The translations under genes were made by a program, and so were the position numbers. A DNA stretch of 49,721 nt. It comes from Prorocentrum cordatum (taxonomy: Eukaryota). Each line of letters opens with the position of its first letter. Position 1 is the first letter of the stretch. The notes beneath the pieces are model-generated. The model was not told where the DNA came from. It worked only from the letters and a program-made list of their open reading frames with translations, and did no database searches. Positions 22,500 through 35,848 of this stretch are shown here, one piece after another. The stretch lies in NCBI GenBank assembly GCA_963575745.1, contig CAUYUJ010000115.1, positions 620,001 through 669,721 on the forward strand. Direction: 5' to 3'.

Positions 22500-24107
22500 T
22501 GAAGCCCTCGCGGTGCATGGCCGCAATCGCGGCCGCCTTCGTGGCGGGCCGCGTAGGGGCGTCTGCCACGTTGAGCGCGGATGGCACATACCACGCGCTC
22601 AGGAGGCACCGCGCGGTCGCTGCTGCGAACCAAATATCTGCCACGAGCGCGTGATAATCTGCCTGGCGCGAGGTCCCGCGTAGGAGCACCCCGAGCGCGG
22701 CCTGGCGCGGTCAGCGGAGCATCGCACGGGCAGCTCGGCGACCCGCGCCCGGCCGCGCCTTCGAATCGACAAACAACGCGATTTCCGCATCGCGCAGCGT
22801 CGCGAGCAAATGATGCAAGGCGCAAACGGCCGCGACGAGTTCCCATGCCGCGACCTTTCGCAACACGGCGGGCTGTCCGCCAGGCTACGCGTGGCCGGGG
22901 CGCCCCCGCCTGCGTCTTGCGGTGCTTCGTCCACCGCTTGATCGACGAAGGCACATCAGCCGCTGCATAGCGCTGACCGCTGGGCCCAATGATGACCCAC
23001 GCGAGCCTGCGGAGGCGGGGCGGGCCGGGCAAGTCGGGCGCCGCTCCAAACAGGCGCGCGCGTATGTCGCCTGCCGCCGCCCGTCGCGTCGGAATAGACG
23101 AGGTAGCGTGGCCGCTCCGGGGTCACCCGCAGGGGCACCGCTCGTTCCGGCGCGCTCCGGAGGAAGCGCAGCCACCATTCCAATGCCCCGCGGAGCCGCG
23201 ACTTCAACCTCCATCCCCGCTGCTGCGCGTGCCAGAACAGCGGGGCGAGGTATACCCGGGCACCTGCCGTCGCTCTCGCGCGCGCGCGTCGCTCGCGCGC
23301 GGGAGCTTGGGCGTGCCTCTGCCGAACACCGCAGAGGAGCCCCATCCGAGTCTGCCGGCAAGTTTTGATGCCGCCGCCGGCGACATTCTCCCTGCCTCCA
23401 GCACCCACTCGATCTCTTGGATCCATTTGTGGCGCTTGTCGCCACCGATCGCGAATACTAACGAGAGCTCATCGCCCGATCCGCGCACTTCCGCGTCGAC
23501 GCCGAGCACAGTGGCCCTCGGCTCGGCAACAACGCGTTTGCCGGCGTCCAGGCGCCAGCCCAAAAGGTCTTCGACGACCGCCCTCAGGACCTCTGCGGCA
23601 TCGCGGGGGCCGCCCGTGCCGGGCCCCCTGTCCGCGTCGGCCCGGAACAGATCGTCCACGAATCGGCCCGAAGCGAGCGAGAACAGCTTGGCAAGGATGG
23701 CCTGCCGCGCTCGCGGGGCGCTCGCCGTGCCGCCGCGGCGCTCGCGCCTCGCGCCTGGAGCGCCGCCCCAACGCGGTCCCAAGCGTATCCGCTGCCCACG
23801 GCGCCGAAGGGGCAGCTCAAGAGTTGCAGACAGTAGCCCTCGCGGGCTCCCTTGGCCCATACCGAATGGGCCAACGGGAGGTCGGCGCCTCGCACGGGCA
23901 ACGTTTTGTAAGCACCGATGAAATCTTCTTTGCTCAGCACCGGCGTGCCGGCCGCGGCCGCGATCCGCGCCAGCTCGACCAGAGCATCGAGAGAATCCAC
24001 CCTACGCGCGGTCGCGGCGACACGGGAGAGCGGACAGCGCGCGCGAGGGGCGGGGGGGGGGGGAAAGGGCCCGCCTGCACCTCTCGGCTGCGGCGGCGCA
24101 GTCATTA
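22500..24107 (-). pseudogene. pol: Reverse transcriptase core and RNase H of the YR retrotransposon (frameshifted)
   Basis: KEDFIGAYKTLPV; CPFGAVGSGYAWDRVG; RFVDDLF; KLAGRLGW; ALEWWLRFL; RNase H YSDATG and WYVPSALNVADAPTR. Confidence 0.85.
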
Positions 24108-24140
24108 CCCAGAGGCCTCTGCGATCTTAGGCTAAGATCG
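24108..24140 (+). repeat. Left TIR CCCAGAGGCCTCTGCGATCTTAGGCTAAGATCG
   Basis: Reverse complement of 44377-44409 with 3 mismatches. Confidence 0.92.
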
Positions 24141-24578
24141 AAGATCGCCGATCTTACACTCTAAGATCGGTGATCGTTTCATTATGTTAATAAGTTCATA
24201 TTTTTATATCTCTTGAGCCTTCCTCACAAAAAACTCATCCTCTCTCGTCCACCGTCCGTCCGTCGCAGTCGCCGTCGTCTCGCCCGCTCCTCGGTTGTCG
24301 TCGTCGTCGTCGTGTCGGTCCTCGTCGTCGTTTTCGCTGTTGTCGCCGTCGCCGTCGTACGTCGTTATTGCGTTGTCGCGCATGTGATCGTCGATCCTCG
24401 TCGTCGTCGTCGTCGTCGTCTCGGTGGTCGTCGTCGTCTTCGTCGGTCGTCGGTGGTCGGTCGCCGTGGTCGGCGAGGCGCAGCAGGCGAGAGCGAGGGG
24501 GGAGGAGAGGGAGAGCGACAGAGGAGGAGTTGAGGCAAGGACGGCAGGATTTAAGAACAAGATTATTCAACGCGGCCT

Positions 24579-24663
24579 CCAAGACGGCCCAAGGGAGTCC
24601 AAGACGGCCCAAGGGAGTCCAAGACGGCCCAAGGGAGTCCAAGGGCTCCAAGACGGCCCAAGA
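24579..24663. repeat. 20-bp tandem repeat CCAAGACGGCCCAAGGGAGT, three copies plus a partial (subterminal)
   Basis: Direct inspection. Confidence 0.85.
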
Positions 24664-24909
24664 TATTTCCAAAGGGCAGGGGGCGTCGGCGAGACGCCGC
24701 AGGCGTATTCGAATATACATTTAACTATTTGTTATGTTTATGTCTTGAGCTCGCCGCAGGCACCGCAGGCGCGGGGTCGTTCGAACAGCCGTCGGGTGCG
24801 CAGATATATCAGCGCATAGTTAACTGGCGCATGGGGCCCAGGCTCCAGCGAAATCAGGCTGCCCGTAAAAAAATGGCCTCGCGGACGAAATATTAGATAC
24901 ATGAGCTTC

Positions 24910-25692
24910 TCATTGCACGTCGTCGGCCGCCGCCTCGACCTGGTCCTGCACCTCGAGCTGCTCCAGCAAGCGGTTCGCTGTCACGTAGTACCACTTCCCG
25001 TTGATGAGGTGGTGCTTGTCTCCCAGCTGGTCCCCGTCGGGGTGGCTGCCCTGGCAGTTCGTGATCTCCAGATCGTCGACGCCGAACTTCCACGCGACTC
25101 CGTTCACACAAATAGGCTCGAATGCCGAAAGGATGACGAGCTTCAAGTCCTGCACGGTCGAAGACGCTGCCGCGTTAGTGAGCGCAGCGAAGTCTGGAAC
25201 GAATACTTCGCTCCACGTCGCCGTCGGCTCGATGAACACAAGCGCCTGCATGACGTGGCTACCAGTATGGTCCGTAGGCGGTTGGTAGTTCCACTTCAGG
25301 CGCGGCTCGATCTTCACCCAATCCACTGCTGCCGCCACCGCCTCACGCGTATCGGCGACGAGCCACGTCAAGTAGTACACGCCGTCGTCGTCGGCGAGCT
25401 CCCGTCCGCGCGGCTGCTCCGCGCTGCACTTGTGGATCACGATCTCCTTCTGCTTGAACATGCTGAGCCGCGCCTGGAGCTCCGCCCTGATGCTGGGCGC
25501 CATGACGCACATCGCGCCCGCGGCGGCGTCGGCGAAACCACTGGGCATAATGGCGGAGTCCTTGGCCAAGTCGACGACGAGCCACGTGCCCGCTGACGGC
25601 GGGAGCACGTGCATCTTGACATGGTCGCGGCCCTGGGGGCTCTCGTCCCACGCGTTCCCCTGCATGCACCGAGGGGAATTCAGGACGGGCAT
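24910..25692 (-). CDS. Hypothetical cargo protein, 260 aa, intact
   Basis: Uninterrupted ORF with strong GC3 bias and normal amino-acid complexity. Confidence 0.65.
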   Translation of the reverse strand: MPVLNSPRCMQGNAWDESPQGRDHVKMHVLPPSAGTWLVVDLAKDSAIMPSGFADAAAGAMCVMAPSIRAELQARLSMFKQKEIVIHKCSAEQPRGRELADDDGVYYLTWLVADTREAVAAAVDWVKIEPRLKWNYQPPTDHTGSHVMQALVFIEPTATWSEVFVPDFAALTNAAASSTVQDLKLVILSAFEPICVNGVAWKFGVDDLEITNCQGSHPDGDQLGDKHHLINGKWYYVTANRLLEQLEVQDQVEAAADDVQ

Positions 25693-26424
25693 CGCGGGCT
25701 CGAGGGGCAGCCGACTGGCTGACCGAGGCGCGACTCGAGGGCGGAAGCCCTAAGAAACAACACTGCTCGGGCCAGTGATGATGGCCGCGGAGCGCGCGTG
25801 CAAGGATGCCAGCAAGGATGCAAAACCACGGGCACGAAAGGATGCAAGACCATCGGCAAGCATATGTAGGAGACCGTGGAATTCCAACGCAACACCATTA
25901 TTGCAACAACCGAGCACGCTAGAGGGGAGGATGGAGGAGGAAGGAGGGGAAGGTGGAGGAACGGCGGAAGGGAGAACTGGGAGACTAGAGAAGAGGGATG
26001 GTGGAGGACTGGAGAAGGAAGGAGGGAAGACTGGAGGAGGGAATGTGGAGGACTGGAGGAGGGCCATACGCATGCCCTCGGACGGGTTTCCCCCTGTGTC
26101 GGGGGCCCACGACGTGGCCAGTGCAGGCCCCTTTGATCTTCGTGTCCCTCCTCTTCCTCCTCCTCCTCCTCCTCCTCCTCCTCCTCCTCCTCCTCCTCCT
26201 CCCCCTCCTCCTCCTCCTCCTCCTCCTCCTCCTCCTCCTCCTCCTCCTCCCTGTATGTCCCTCATCGGCCTCGTCCTCGCGTCCTCCTGCCTCTCGTATT
26301 CTTCCTCCGCCCTGCCTCGCGACGATCTGGAGAGTCCGAGCCTCGGTCGCCCATCCCCCTCCTCCAGTCTGGGCCCAGCGGTCTAAGCTCACGTAGCTCC
26401 AGTCTGAGCCCGAGTTTGATCGGG

Positions 26425-27125
<701 letters not shown>

Positions 27126-28021
27126 CCTATTTTTTATTTAAAAATCTCTCTATATACCCCTCATATGTGCTTTCTCCTCGTCCCCCGCCTCCTCCTTTAC
27201 CCCTCCTCCTCCCTCTCGTTTCCACCCTCGTACTCCACCTCTTTCCCACCCTGCCCCCGTTGCCCTTCTTCCCATTCCCTCGCGAGCTCGACCCTTCCGC
27301 GGCGAGCAGATCCGAGGGCGGCGGGCGCGGGGCCCGAGGCCAGCCCGCCAGCGAAGAGGCGAGGGTAGAGCGTGGACCCCCCTTCCTCTCCTGGCATTCC
27401 CCAGCGGGGGCGGGTCATTGGGGGAGGGGGCAGATGGAGGGAGGGGGAAAGACCGAACAGGAATGGAAGTAACAGGAGGGAGAAAGATAGCAAGGAGATG
27501 GCGGGGAGCACGTCAGAACTTCGCGCAGCGGGCCCGCCGCGGTTCGAATTCGACCAGGTCGCGAATTGCATAGCTAGCGGAGTAAGGATGGGGGAGGCGC
27601 TCTTGGCCAAACTATTGCAGCTGTGATGTTATGCGCCCCCCTCTGCCTCTCCCCCACTGCCCCCTTCTCTCACCCGTGCCGCGGTGCCCCCGCCCTCCCC
27701 CCTGCTCGCCTTACTCCGCGCTACCGCTTCTATCCGTCATGACGGGGGCTTCGAAGAGAGAGCGATGCCAGGGGCGCCCGAGGGGGGGTGCGATTCGAAG
27801 ACCCCCTGAGAGCGCGGGGCGCGAGCAGCCGATGATGAGCTGAGGCGGGGGAGAAGCCAGCGAAGCGAAACGCTCGGGGCGGCAATGCGGCCGCGGCTTG
27901 AAACTGGCCGGCCCAGGTCTGCGCGGGGCCTGCGACGCGGAAACGTGTTCGAACCAGTTCAAGGTTTGGAATGGCACCAGGGACACAAAACTCGTATATG
28001 ATTTCTGCGTTGCCTGCAAAC

Positions 28022-30472
28022 CTAGGCCAGGTCGTTGATTACGAGCGTTGCCACAGCCTCGCAGAACTCTGACGGGTACTCCTCTGAGCGCCTCATGGCA
28101 CTGGCCTTTTTGTTGCCCGTGACCCATGGCTTAGAGCCCCAGCCCTCTGTGGAGCGGCCCTTCGACCTATCCTGCATGAAATGCAGCGCCGAGACATGTC
28201 CCCTGGCAGTCATACTAGATATTGCCTCATTCTTCCCAACTTGCAAAAAGAAAAAAAAAAAAAAAACGCCGGCTCACGGGCGTGGGTAGTCCACAGCGTG
28301 GCGGGCTTCAGCGTGTCGCTGCCGAAGTAACCCAGGTAGGTGGTGAAGGCAAAGGCGAGGGTCCGCATCAGAGCCTCCTGGCGAGGAGGAGGAAGAGGAG
28401 GAGGAGGAGGAGGAGGAGGAGGGAGAGGAGGAGGAGGAGGAGGAGGACGAGGAGGAGGAGGAGGAGGAGGATGGGGGAGGAGGAGGAGGAGGAGAAGGAG
28501 AGGAGGAGGGGGAGGAGGAGGAGGAGGAGGAGGAGGGGAGGCGGAGGAGGTGGAGGAGGGAGGCGGAGGAGGAGAAGGATGAGGAGGAGGAGGAGGAGGA
28601 GGGGGGAGGAGGAGGGGGGGGATCAGGGTTCCGTGGGTGGCGAAAGGCGCAGGAGGGGAATGGTGGGGGGGATGTCAGGGGTCCTGAACGCTAAATTCGC
28701 AACGACGGCCGCGCGCGGGGGGAGGGCGAGGGGGGGGAGGGATTGGGAGGAAGGGCCGATGGGGATGAGCAGTAGCATATGTTACACACGATGAGGAGCA
28801 GGAAGGATGACCAAGGATGAGGAATAGGAAGAGAAAGGACAGGGCGAGGAGTAGGATGGGAGGGGGGGGGGGGGGGGGGGGGGGAGGGGGGGCGGAAGCG
28901 CAGGGGAGGGAGGGACGGAGGGGGGGGGACGAGGGCCCTCTTCGCATGGCTCGCCCGATCGCTCGACCAATCGATAGCTCGTTCTCGCGCGGCGGCCGCT
29001 GGCGCGACCATGGCTGACGCCGCCCCGACCCCCGCCCGCGGTCCTGCATACAGGGAACGAGAAACAGCATGCTGCCCACGGGATTCTCCAAGAGGATCTT
29101 GGTCCCGCGGCTGTCAGCAAGCTCGAGCAGCCAAGACCTCGGGCCGCGCTCGCATCCGTAAGAGGAGAGCGGGGGCGGGGGGCGGGAGAGGTGGTGGAGG
29201 AGGCGGGAGGGAGGCGAGGTAGAAGCGTTGGACGTTGGGCATGGGCTGGGCCACGCGACAGCTCAAGGGCCCGCTGGGATCTGAGCGGCGGGCTGTACTC
29301 TCCTCCTCACTATACACTGTCCTTCGCCTCCTCCTCACTCCTCCTGTACTCTGTCCTTCGTCCCCCTCCCCAACCCGCCCCCCTCTCCCGCCGCTCCTCA
29401 TTGGGCCTCCTCCCACCAGATATGTTGAGGCAGCGGCACCACCTCAGCACAGAAATTCGCTTCCATAACGTCCACTCTCGAGGAGTCGCCGTGCAAGTTG
29501 CCCACGCGGCGGCGCTTGGTGTGATGGGCGGCCATGTTGCCCCAAGTGGAGCACTTCGGCTCGAAGACGGCCGCGCCGCCCTTCCTCGCTTGCAACGCCC
29601 CGAAAGCAGCCGCTAGGATCCCAGGGAAGCGGCGCAGGTCTTCAGATACGTGAGATGTGAGCCTGGGGAGGGGCTTTATTTTACGCGGCAGGGGGGGCCG
29701 CGCACGCAAACGCGGGGGGGGGGGGGGGGGGATTGCGGCGGTGGGAGGGGGGGAGGACGAGGAGGAGGAGGAGGAGGAGGAGGAGGAGGAGGAGGAGCAC
29801 TGGCAATCGTAAGGAGGAGGAGAGGAGAGGAGGAGGAGGAGGAGGACGACGACGACGAGTAGGAAGCCGTAGAGGATGAGGAGGAGGAGGAGGAGGAGGA
29901 GGAGGGGGAGGAGGAGGAGGGGGAGGAGGAGGAGGAGGAGGGAGTGCCGTGGAGGATTAGGAGGAGGGGCGATGGGGTTTGCTAACACTCCCGCAGTTCC
30001 GCTCATAGAGTGGCCCAGGTGGGCCAAACCGGGCAGGCCCTCGAACGCCAGGTCACCCCCCTCTCAAGATGAGCCAAGTGGGCCACGCGCGGGGCCGCTC
30101 GCATTCGAAGCACCCCCTAGATTGGCAGGGTAGAGCCCCTTGTCAACAATTAGTTTCACCCCCGAACCGATCGAAACCGCGAGACTGCATGTTCAAATCC
30201 AGGAGGGCGCGGGTGATGCCAGCCTTGCCGCAACGCACCTCGAAGCAGTCGAGCGTCCGAGAGGGCGCTCGAGAGCTTGGCGCTGCAATCCACGATGCCA
30301 CCTCGGCCTTGGCGGCCGCCAAAAGGGCGCCGCCGTTGCTGGAGCTCAACTTCCAGTCATTCTTATAGTCGGGGAAGATGGCCCGCGCTCGGTCATAGAT
30401 CCACTGGGGGACCCCATTGCCAACACCTGTCGTAGGAGCGCTTGGCGCCGTCGAACTCGAACGGTTTGCCAT
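28022..30472 (-). CDS. C5-cytosine DNA methyltransferase-like protein (~325 aa), 4 exons: 30472-30168, 29662-29438, 29137-29044, 28377-28022
   Basis: Spliced product: LDCFEVRCGKAGITRAL..RGFD (motif I-like), VFEPKCSTW (motif IV PxC), ILLENPVGSMLF (motif VI), YLGYFGSDTLKPATLWT, SEEYPSEFCEAVA. Introns are GT-AG, GC-AG and GA-AG and all keep frame; one shift in the A-run ~28245-28266. Confidence 0.65.
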
Positions 30473-30759
30473 AAATCACACGAGATCGACCCAGAGCACC
30501 GATGGTCTTGATATTGCGGTGGATCGATATCGAAAGTGTCCTCCTGTGAGCTCTTTGGGCCAAGTTTCGGGCCAAACAATTGAGGCTCTCGCCCACGAAT
30601 GTCGAGTAGAAATGGGGCGGCCCAAACTGCCAAATCCTGTCCAAAAGAGGACGCACTGATATGGTATTCTCCCCCCCCCCCCATCCCTCCCCTGCCTGGC
30701 CCGTCCCCCCCGCCGCTTCCGCCCTCATGATCTCGCCCTTTCTATTCCCTTGTTCCATC

Positions 30760-31335
<576 letters not shown>

Positions 31336-31565
31336 CCTCTCCCTCCCATGTCCACGCGTTGTCTTCGATCTCTCTGCGCCTGCGCTGCGTCTGTGCTGTG
31401 CCTGCTCTGCCCCCCTCCTGAGCCTGCCCCTGCGTCGGGCGGATCTCTAGATTGCTAGCCCAGCTATGCGCTCTGGCCGACGCCATTCCTGACCCCTGTC
31501 CCCCGAGGGCCCCTGCGTTTGGATTTCGCGCGCCGCGGGGGGGCGCCAGCGAACCCCCTCCCCAC

Positions 31566-33539
31566 TCATCGCCCGCTCCTGCGGGCTAAAACCTGGCAGC
31601 TGCAACGGGGGGAGGGGTGCGCGAACGGCAGGTGGGGGTACCCCCCCATTCCTTTAGGATGTCCCTGGGTCCTTAGAGTGAGGTGGCAGAAGAGGTGGAA
31701 CTTAGGTGTGAGCCTCACTCGCGCCAGATCTGCGTAAGACACCACTCGATCGGCTGCTGACAACAGCTCTGCATACACGTCATGGGGTACTCGAGCAGTT
31801 TCGCACTTTGCCAGGCAAAACCATTGCTGAAGGGATCTAGCAGAGGTCCCAAGATGATCAGAATATTTGATAATATCACTGTGCGTCTCGAGGGCATCTA
31901 CCGCGAAACTCAATAACATTGTGGTTTCGGCCCCCTTCAAAGCAATCGCACATCCAGGATGCGGCGCCCCCCTCCTCCTCTTCATCTTTTTCCCAGCCCC
32001 AAACATATTAGGTGTCAAACGACCAATCCTGCGATCATGCTCCACGCCCTTCCTCTCGTAATAATTGAAGGGGTCGGATTCCAAACGCCTGAACCTTTGC
32101 CTCAGTGTTCCCGCGCCCCAGGGGTCCGCTTCAATGAGCCGCCAAACTATTGCACTTACAAGTCTGTGAGCAACCCCCAGGTGCATCGTGTGAAGGGCAT
32201 CGAGAGCGAGCCTCAGACCAGGCCACGAGAGAAGCTCCCGACAAAAAAATAGGACACCTCGAGCTTAGCCAATCCGTGCATCTCCCCTTCCTGTCTTTGT
32301 GGGCTCGCCAGAAAATCGCATCAAAAGGGAGTGGTCGGTCCCAGGCGTCCCGAATGTCTGGCAAGTCCTGGGGCGGATGTAATTGATCACCAACTTCGAT
32401 TGGGGGCCCAGGGAGGGTGGATGTCAAAATGAGCCCACCTGGATGTTTTTTTCAGATCCCTCTTTGAATTCTAAGCATCGGAGCAATGCATCTCTCTCTT
32501 CTGGCGTGCGCACGGATACCGTTATCTCGCGCGCGCTCACTGCCCTCTCATATGCCTCGACTGGCCGATCGCAAAAAGGCAAACCACTTTCGTCCAAGAA
32601 TCCTGGGAATATCACGTTCAAAGAATCGAGCGGGGCATCGCAACAAGGGCATGGGTTATAGCAACTCCCCCACTGAGCCATTCCGAAAGTATGTGCGAAC
32701 TCACCCCAGTCCCCCTTTATTTAAAGAAGCACACCTCTGAAACCAAGATCTTCGTTCGCACGCAACTCTTGGCCCTCCTTCCAATCAGACCCGTCATGGC
32801 GGACCCCAGGGACCCGACCGGCCACGAGTGCTTTCAGTTGCCACGCGACAATACTCAACAAAGCATGCGTCGTGCAATGCCCTCCGCAACCGCAATTGCA
32901 TTTATCGAGACTCCTAGAAAAATCCAAATAGTGCCGTTTGTTCGTCAACAGGTTCACTACACTAAGATTGAGGATCGAGTCCGTGCGGCCTGCGTGAATC
33001 GGCGTGTACCGCACGCTGTCGGCGTACAGAGCAATGGGCAGAGGCCACTTACCAGTCTCTGCCAAACATGATGATACATGCTCGTGCTCTTGGTACATAC
33101 GGGTCAACATCACTGATTTCGGGTCCGACGTGCCATTCACTAGCATATCTTGAACATCCTCTCTCTCAGACACCTCATCTGCCAATGTTTCGTAAACCTT
33201 TTGGCACACTTTTATTCCTTTTTTCTCGTGAGCCCTCCCCCTGATCGCCATCGGTATTGTTGCTTCGTACATTGGGCCAGGATCTGGGAGTAGAGAGTCG
33301 AGGTGGGACTTGCATCGACCTGTCGGGAGACCTGGCTGGAGACCCCACTTGCTCCAGTGAGCGCCGCCGACTCCTGCCTCCGAACAGAAGTGAAATACAA
33401 TCGCAAGATCCTTTGCAGACGTAGGCTTTCCAAGAGCATACACGCCCACCAAATGCTCGAAAAGAGACGCACCTGCGCTTCGCTTTCTCTCGCCATCGTC
33501 CACTGGAACATAAGTCGAAGTATGTCGCCTCCTCCTCAT
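31566..33539 (-). pseudogene. DDE transposase, CMC/EnSpm(CACTA)/Plavaka-like; one in-frame stop and frameshifts
   Basis: PIALYADSV (D1); CNCGCGGHCT; LL*IKGDWGE (D2) followed by PCPCC; DALHTMHLGV; KGAET; LTPKFHLFCHL. The third catalytic acidic residue was not identified. Confidence 0.7.
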
Positions 33540-34304
33540 CGCTCGGGGCCGGCCCACAGCGGGCCGCCAGAACCTAATGGCGGGGGCCTTGCGCCAAAGA
33601 TGCGGAACCATGGCGGAGAAAGAGCAAGCGCAGCTTTGCAGAAACAAGCAATGCTCCCCACCCATAGCCCCATGCATTTTGATGGACATGCGTGCTCTTG
33701 GTAAGCCTATGCAGCAATATTGCACAGCACTACCATCTATATATGGCGACACGTGCAACTCAATGACATGTTTCACCCTCCCAGCTTTGCTGCGTTGATT
33801 GTTTGATCAGCCGCTGCCGCGGGCCCATCCGCTCTTGCGCTGCGTGTCTAGCTCGGCATCGCAGCGCTACTCCCTGTCACTACGTGCGCCCTGGCCCCAT
33901 CCCTGTCTCAATTTATCAGGTGGCAGGCGCCCCACGTCCGCCGAGTGGTGGCAGACAGCGAAAATTACGAGCGCCCTCCCTCAGCACATGTGAAACTTCG
34001 GGGGTCCGAGCTTTCAGAGAAACGTGTTTTCCCCTACCCCCTAACTCACAAGCTGCCTCCCTGGCAGCTTTTCGCTCGGACCCCCCATTGGCCGACATAT
34101 GTCCCACGTGGCCAGATGTGCCGAGGCGCTCGGGCGGCCTGCTGCGTAAAAGTGGCGACTTGCTCCTCTTGCTGCGAGCGCTTCCCCTTCCTCCTGATGT
34201 TAACTCGCAGTGCCCCCCCTCAAAAACGCGCCCAAGGATCCTGAATTTTGTTCCGACCCCCCTGAAATCCTGAAAAACGGAGGCCGCACCTGGCCGGGGA
34301 GAGT

Positions 34305-34452
34305 TTGGACGCACTTGGATGCACTTTGGACGGTAGTTTGGACGGTACCCCCTTGGACGGTAGGGGGGGGGCAAACCCGGTAAAAACACAGGGAACACGC
34401 ATGGGTTGGACGGCACTTGGACGGCAGTTTGGACGGTGCCCCCTTGGACGGT
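34305..34452. repeat. Cluster of eight TTGGACG motifs in two duplicated blocks upstream of the transposase
   Basis: TTGGACG at 34305, 34326, 34338, 34353, 34406, 34417, 34429, 34444. Confidence 0.8.
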
Positions 34453-34564
34453 TCCCCAGGCAGCCTGAGCAGGCTGTTCCGTTGGATTTCCAATGGGTTT
34501 CAGCGCTCGCGAGCAGTCCGAGCCAAAACGCCAGGGCTGTCAGCCCAACAAAATCACTAACTAC

Positions 34565-35680
34565 TCAAGCCCCTCCCATGCCCTGGCCCTTGGCGAGCTT
34601 CACCTCTGGCGCGGGCCTGGCCTTCTGCTGGCGCCAGAGCTTCGCGACCTCCCCCGCCAGCGCCTTCAGCGATGGCTCCGCAGTCCGGGGTCGCGAGGGA
34701 GGGGGGGGGGGGCCGCAGGATGGAGCCAGAGAGAGGGGGGGGGGAAGTTGGAGGAGGAGGGGGAGGAGGAGGAGGGGCGCAGGAGGAGTAAGAGGAGGGG
34801 GAGGGCGTGGAGGAGGAGGGGGCCAACGGGCGGGGGGCACGAGGGCACGAGCAAGCGGTGAGGACGATCCCCCCCCCCATCCTCGGGCTCGCTCGACTGC
34901 CAACTCTCCTCCTCCGTCACCTCATCCTTCTCCTCCGTATTCATATTCCTGCCCATCCTCCTCCATGTTCCCTCCTCTCCCTCTTCTTTCCTCATCCCCC
35001 TCCTCCTCATGCTGCTGCCCCTCCTCCCCCCGCCCCCCGCCCCCCCATCCACCTCCTCTGCTTCTGCCTGGCAAGTAACCCTGCTCCGCGCTGCCCCGCC
35101 TCCTGCAACTGCTTGCACTTGACCTCCAGCTCCGCGTCCCCCCCCCTCTTCTCCAGGCTCATCAGCTCGCCCGTGAGGATCTCAAGGTACAGGGTGTCGC
35201 CCGAGACCGCGTGCTTGACCTGCCCTCCCTTCCCTGGAGCGGCAGGCGGCGAGAGGCGCAGGGGGTGGAAGGGGCGGGGGAGGAAGGGGGGAGAAGGAGG
35301 AGGAGGAAGAGAAGCAGGAAGAGGAGGAGGAGGAGGAGGAGGATGAGGAGGAGGAGGAGGAGGAGGAGGAGGAGGAGGAGGAGTGGAAGGAGGAGGAGGA
35401 GGAATAATAATGGAGGAGGAGGGGGAGGGGATCTAAGGGGAAGGAGCAGGGGGGGGAGGAGGGGGAGACGGGGGGGTCGCCCCGATCCGAGGGCTTGAGC
35501 AGCTTGGGAAGCTGCCCGCTCGAGCAAGCCCCCCCAGCGCATGTCTTGCGTTTTTCCTGACAGAAGGGCAAGACTGGAGTGCAACAACTACACAGCCCGC
35601 CCGCGCCGCGAAAGCGGCGCTGATGCCGAAGAGCATCGGCGGCCCTCTCGATGAGATTCGAGAGCCCTCGGCCGCGCATG
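34565..35680 (-). CDS. Possible small multi-exon hypothetical gene
   Basis: Exon-like islands between G/A-rich tracts: VKHAVSGDTLYLEILTGELMSLEK... (~35219-35070, after CAG|G) and SLKALAGEVAKLWRQQKARPAPEVKLAK (~34680-34565). Confidence 0.3.
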
Positions 35681-35848
35681 CCCCGCGATTGCTATCTCCA
35701 GTTGGCGGCGCGCGCTGCGAGCGCTCCATGCGGGTCGGGCTGCGCCTCTCCGCGCCCGCAGCGCGCGCTCGCCGACTGGAGAGGGCAAGCGCTCCATGCA
35801 TCTACTAAATGCGCCAAGCTCGCGCACGACGCCGCCCGAACCCCGAGC

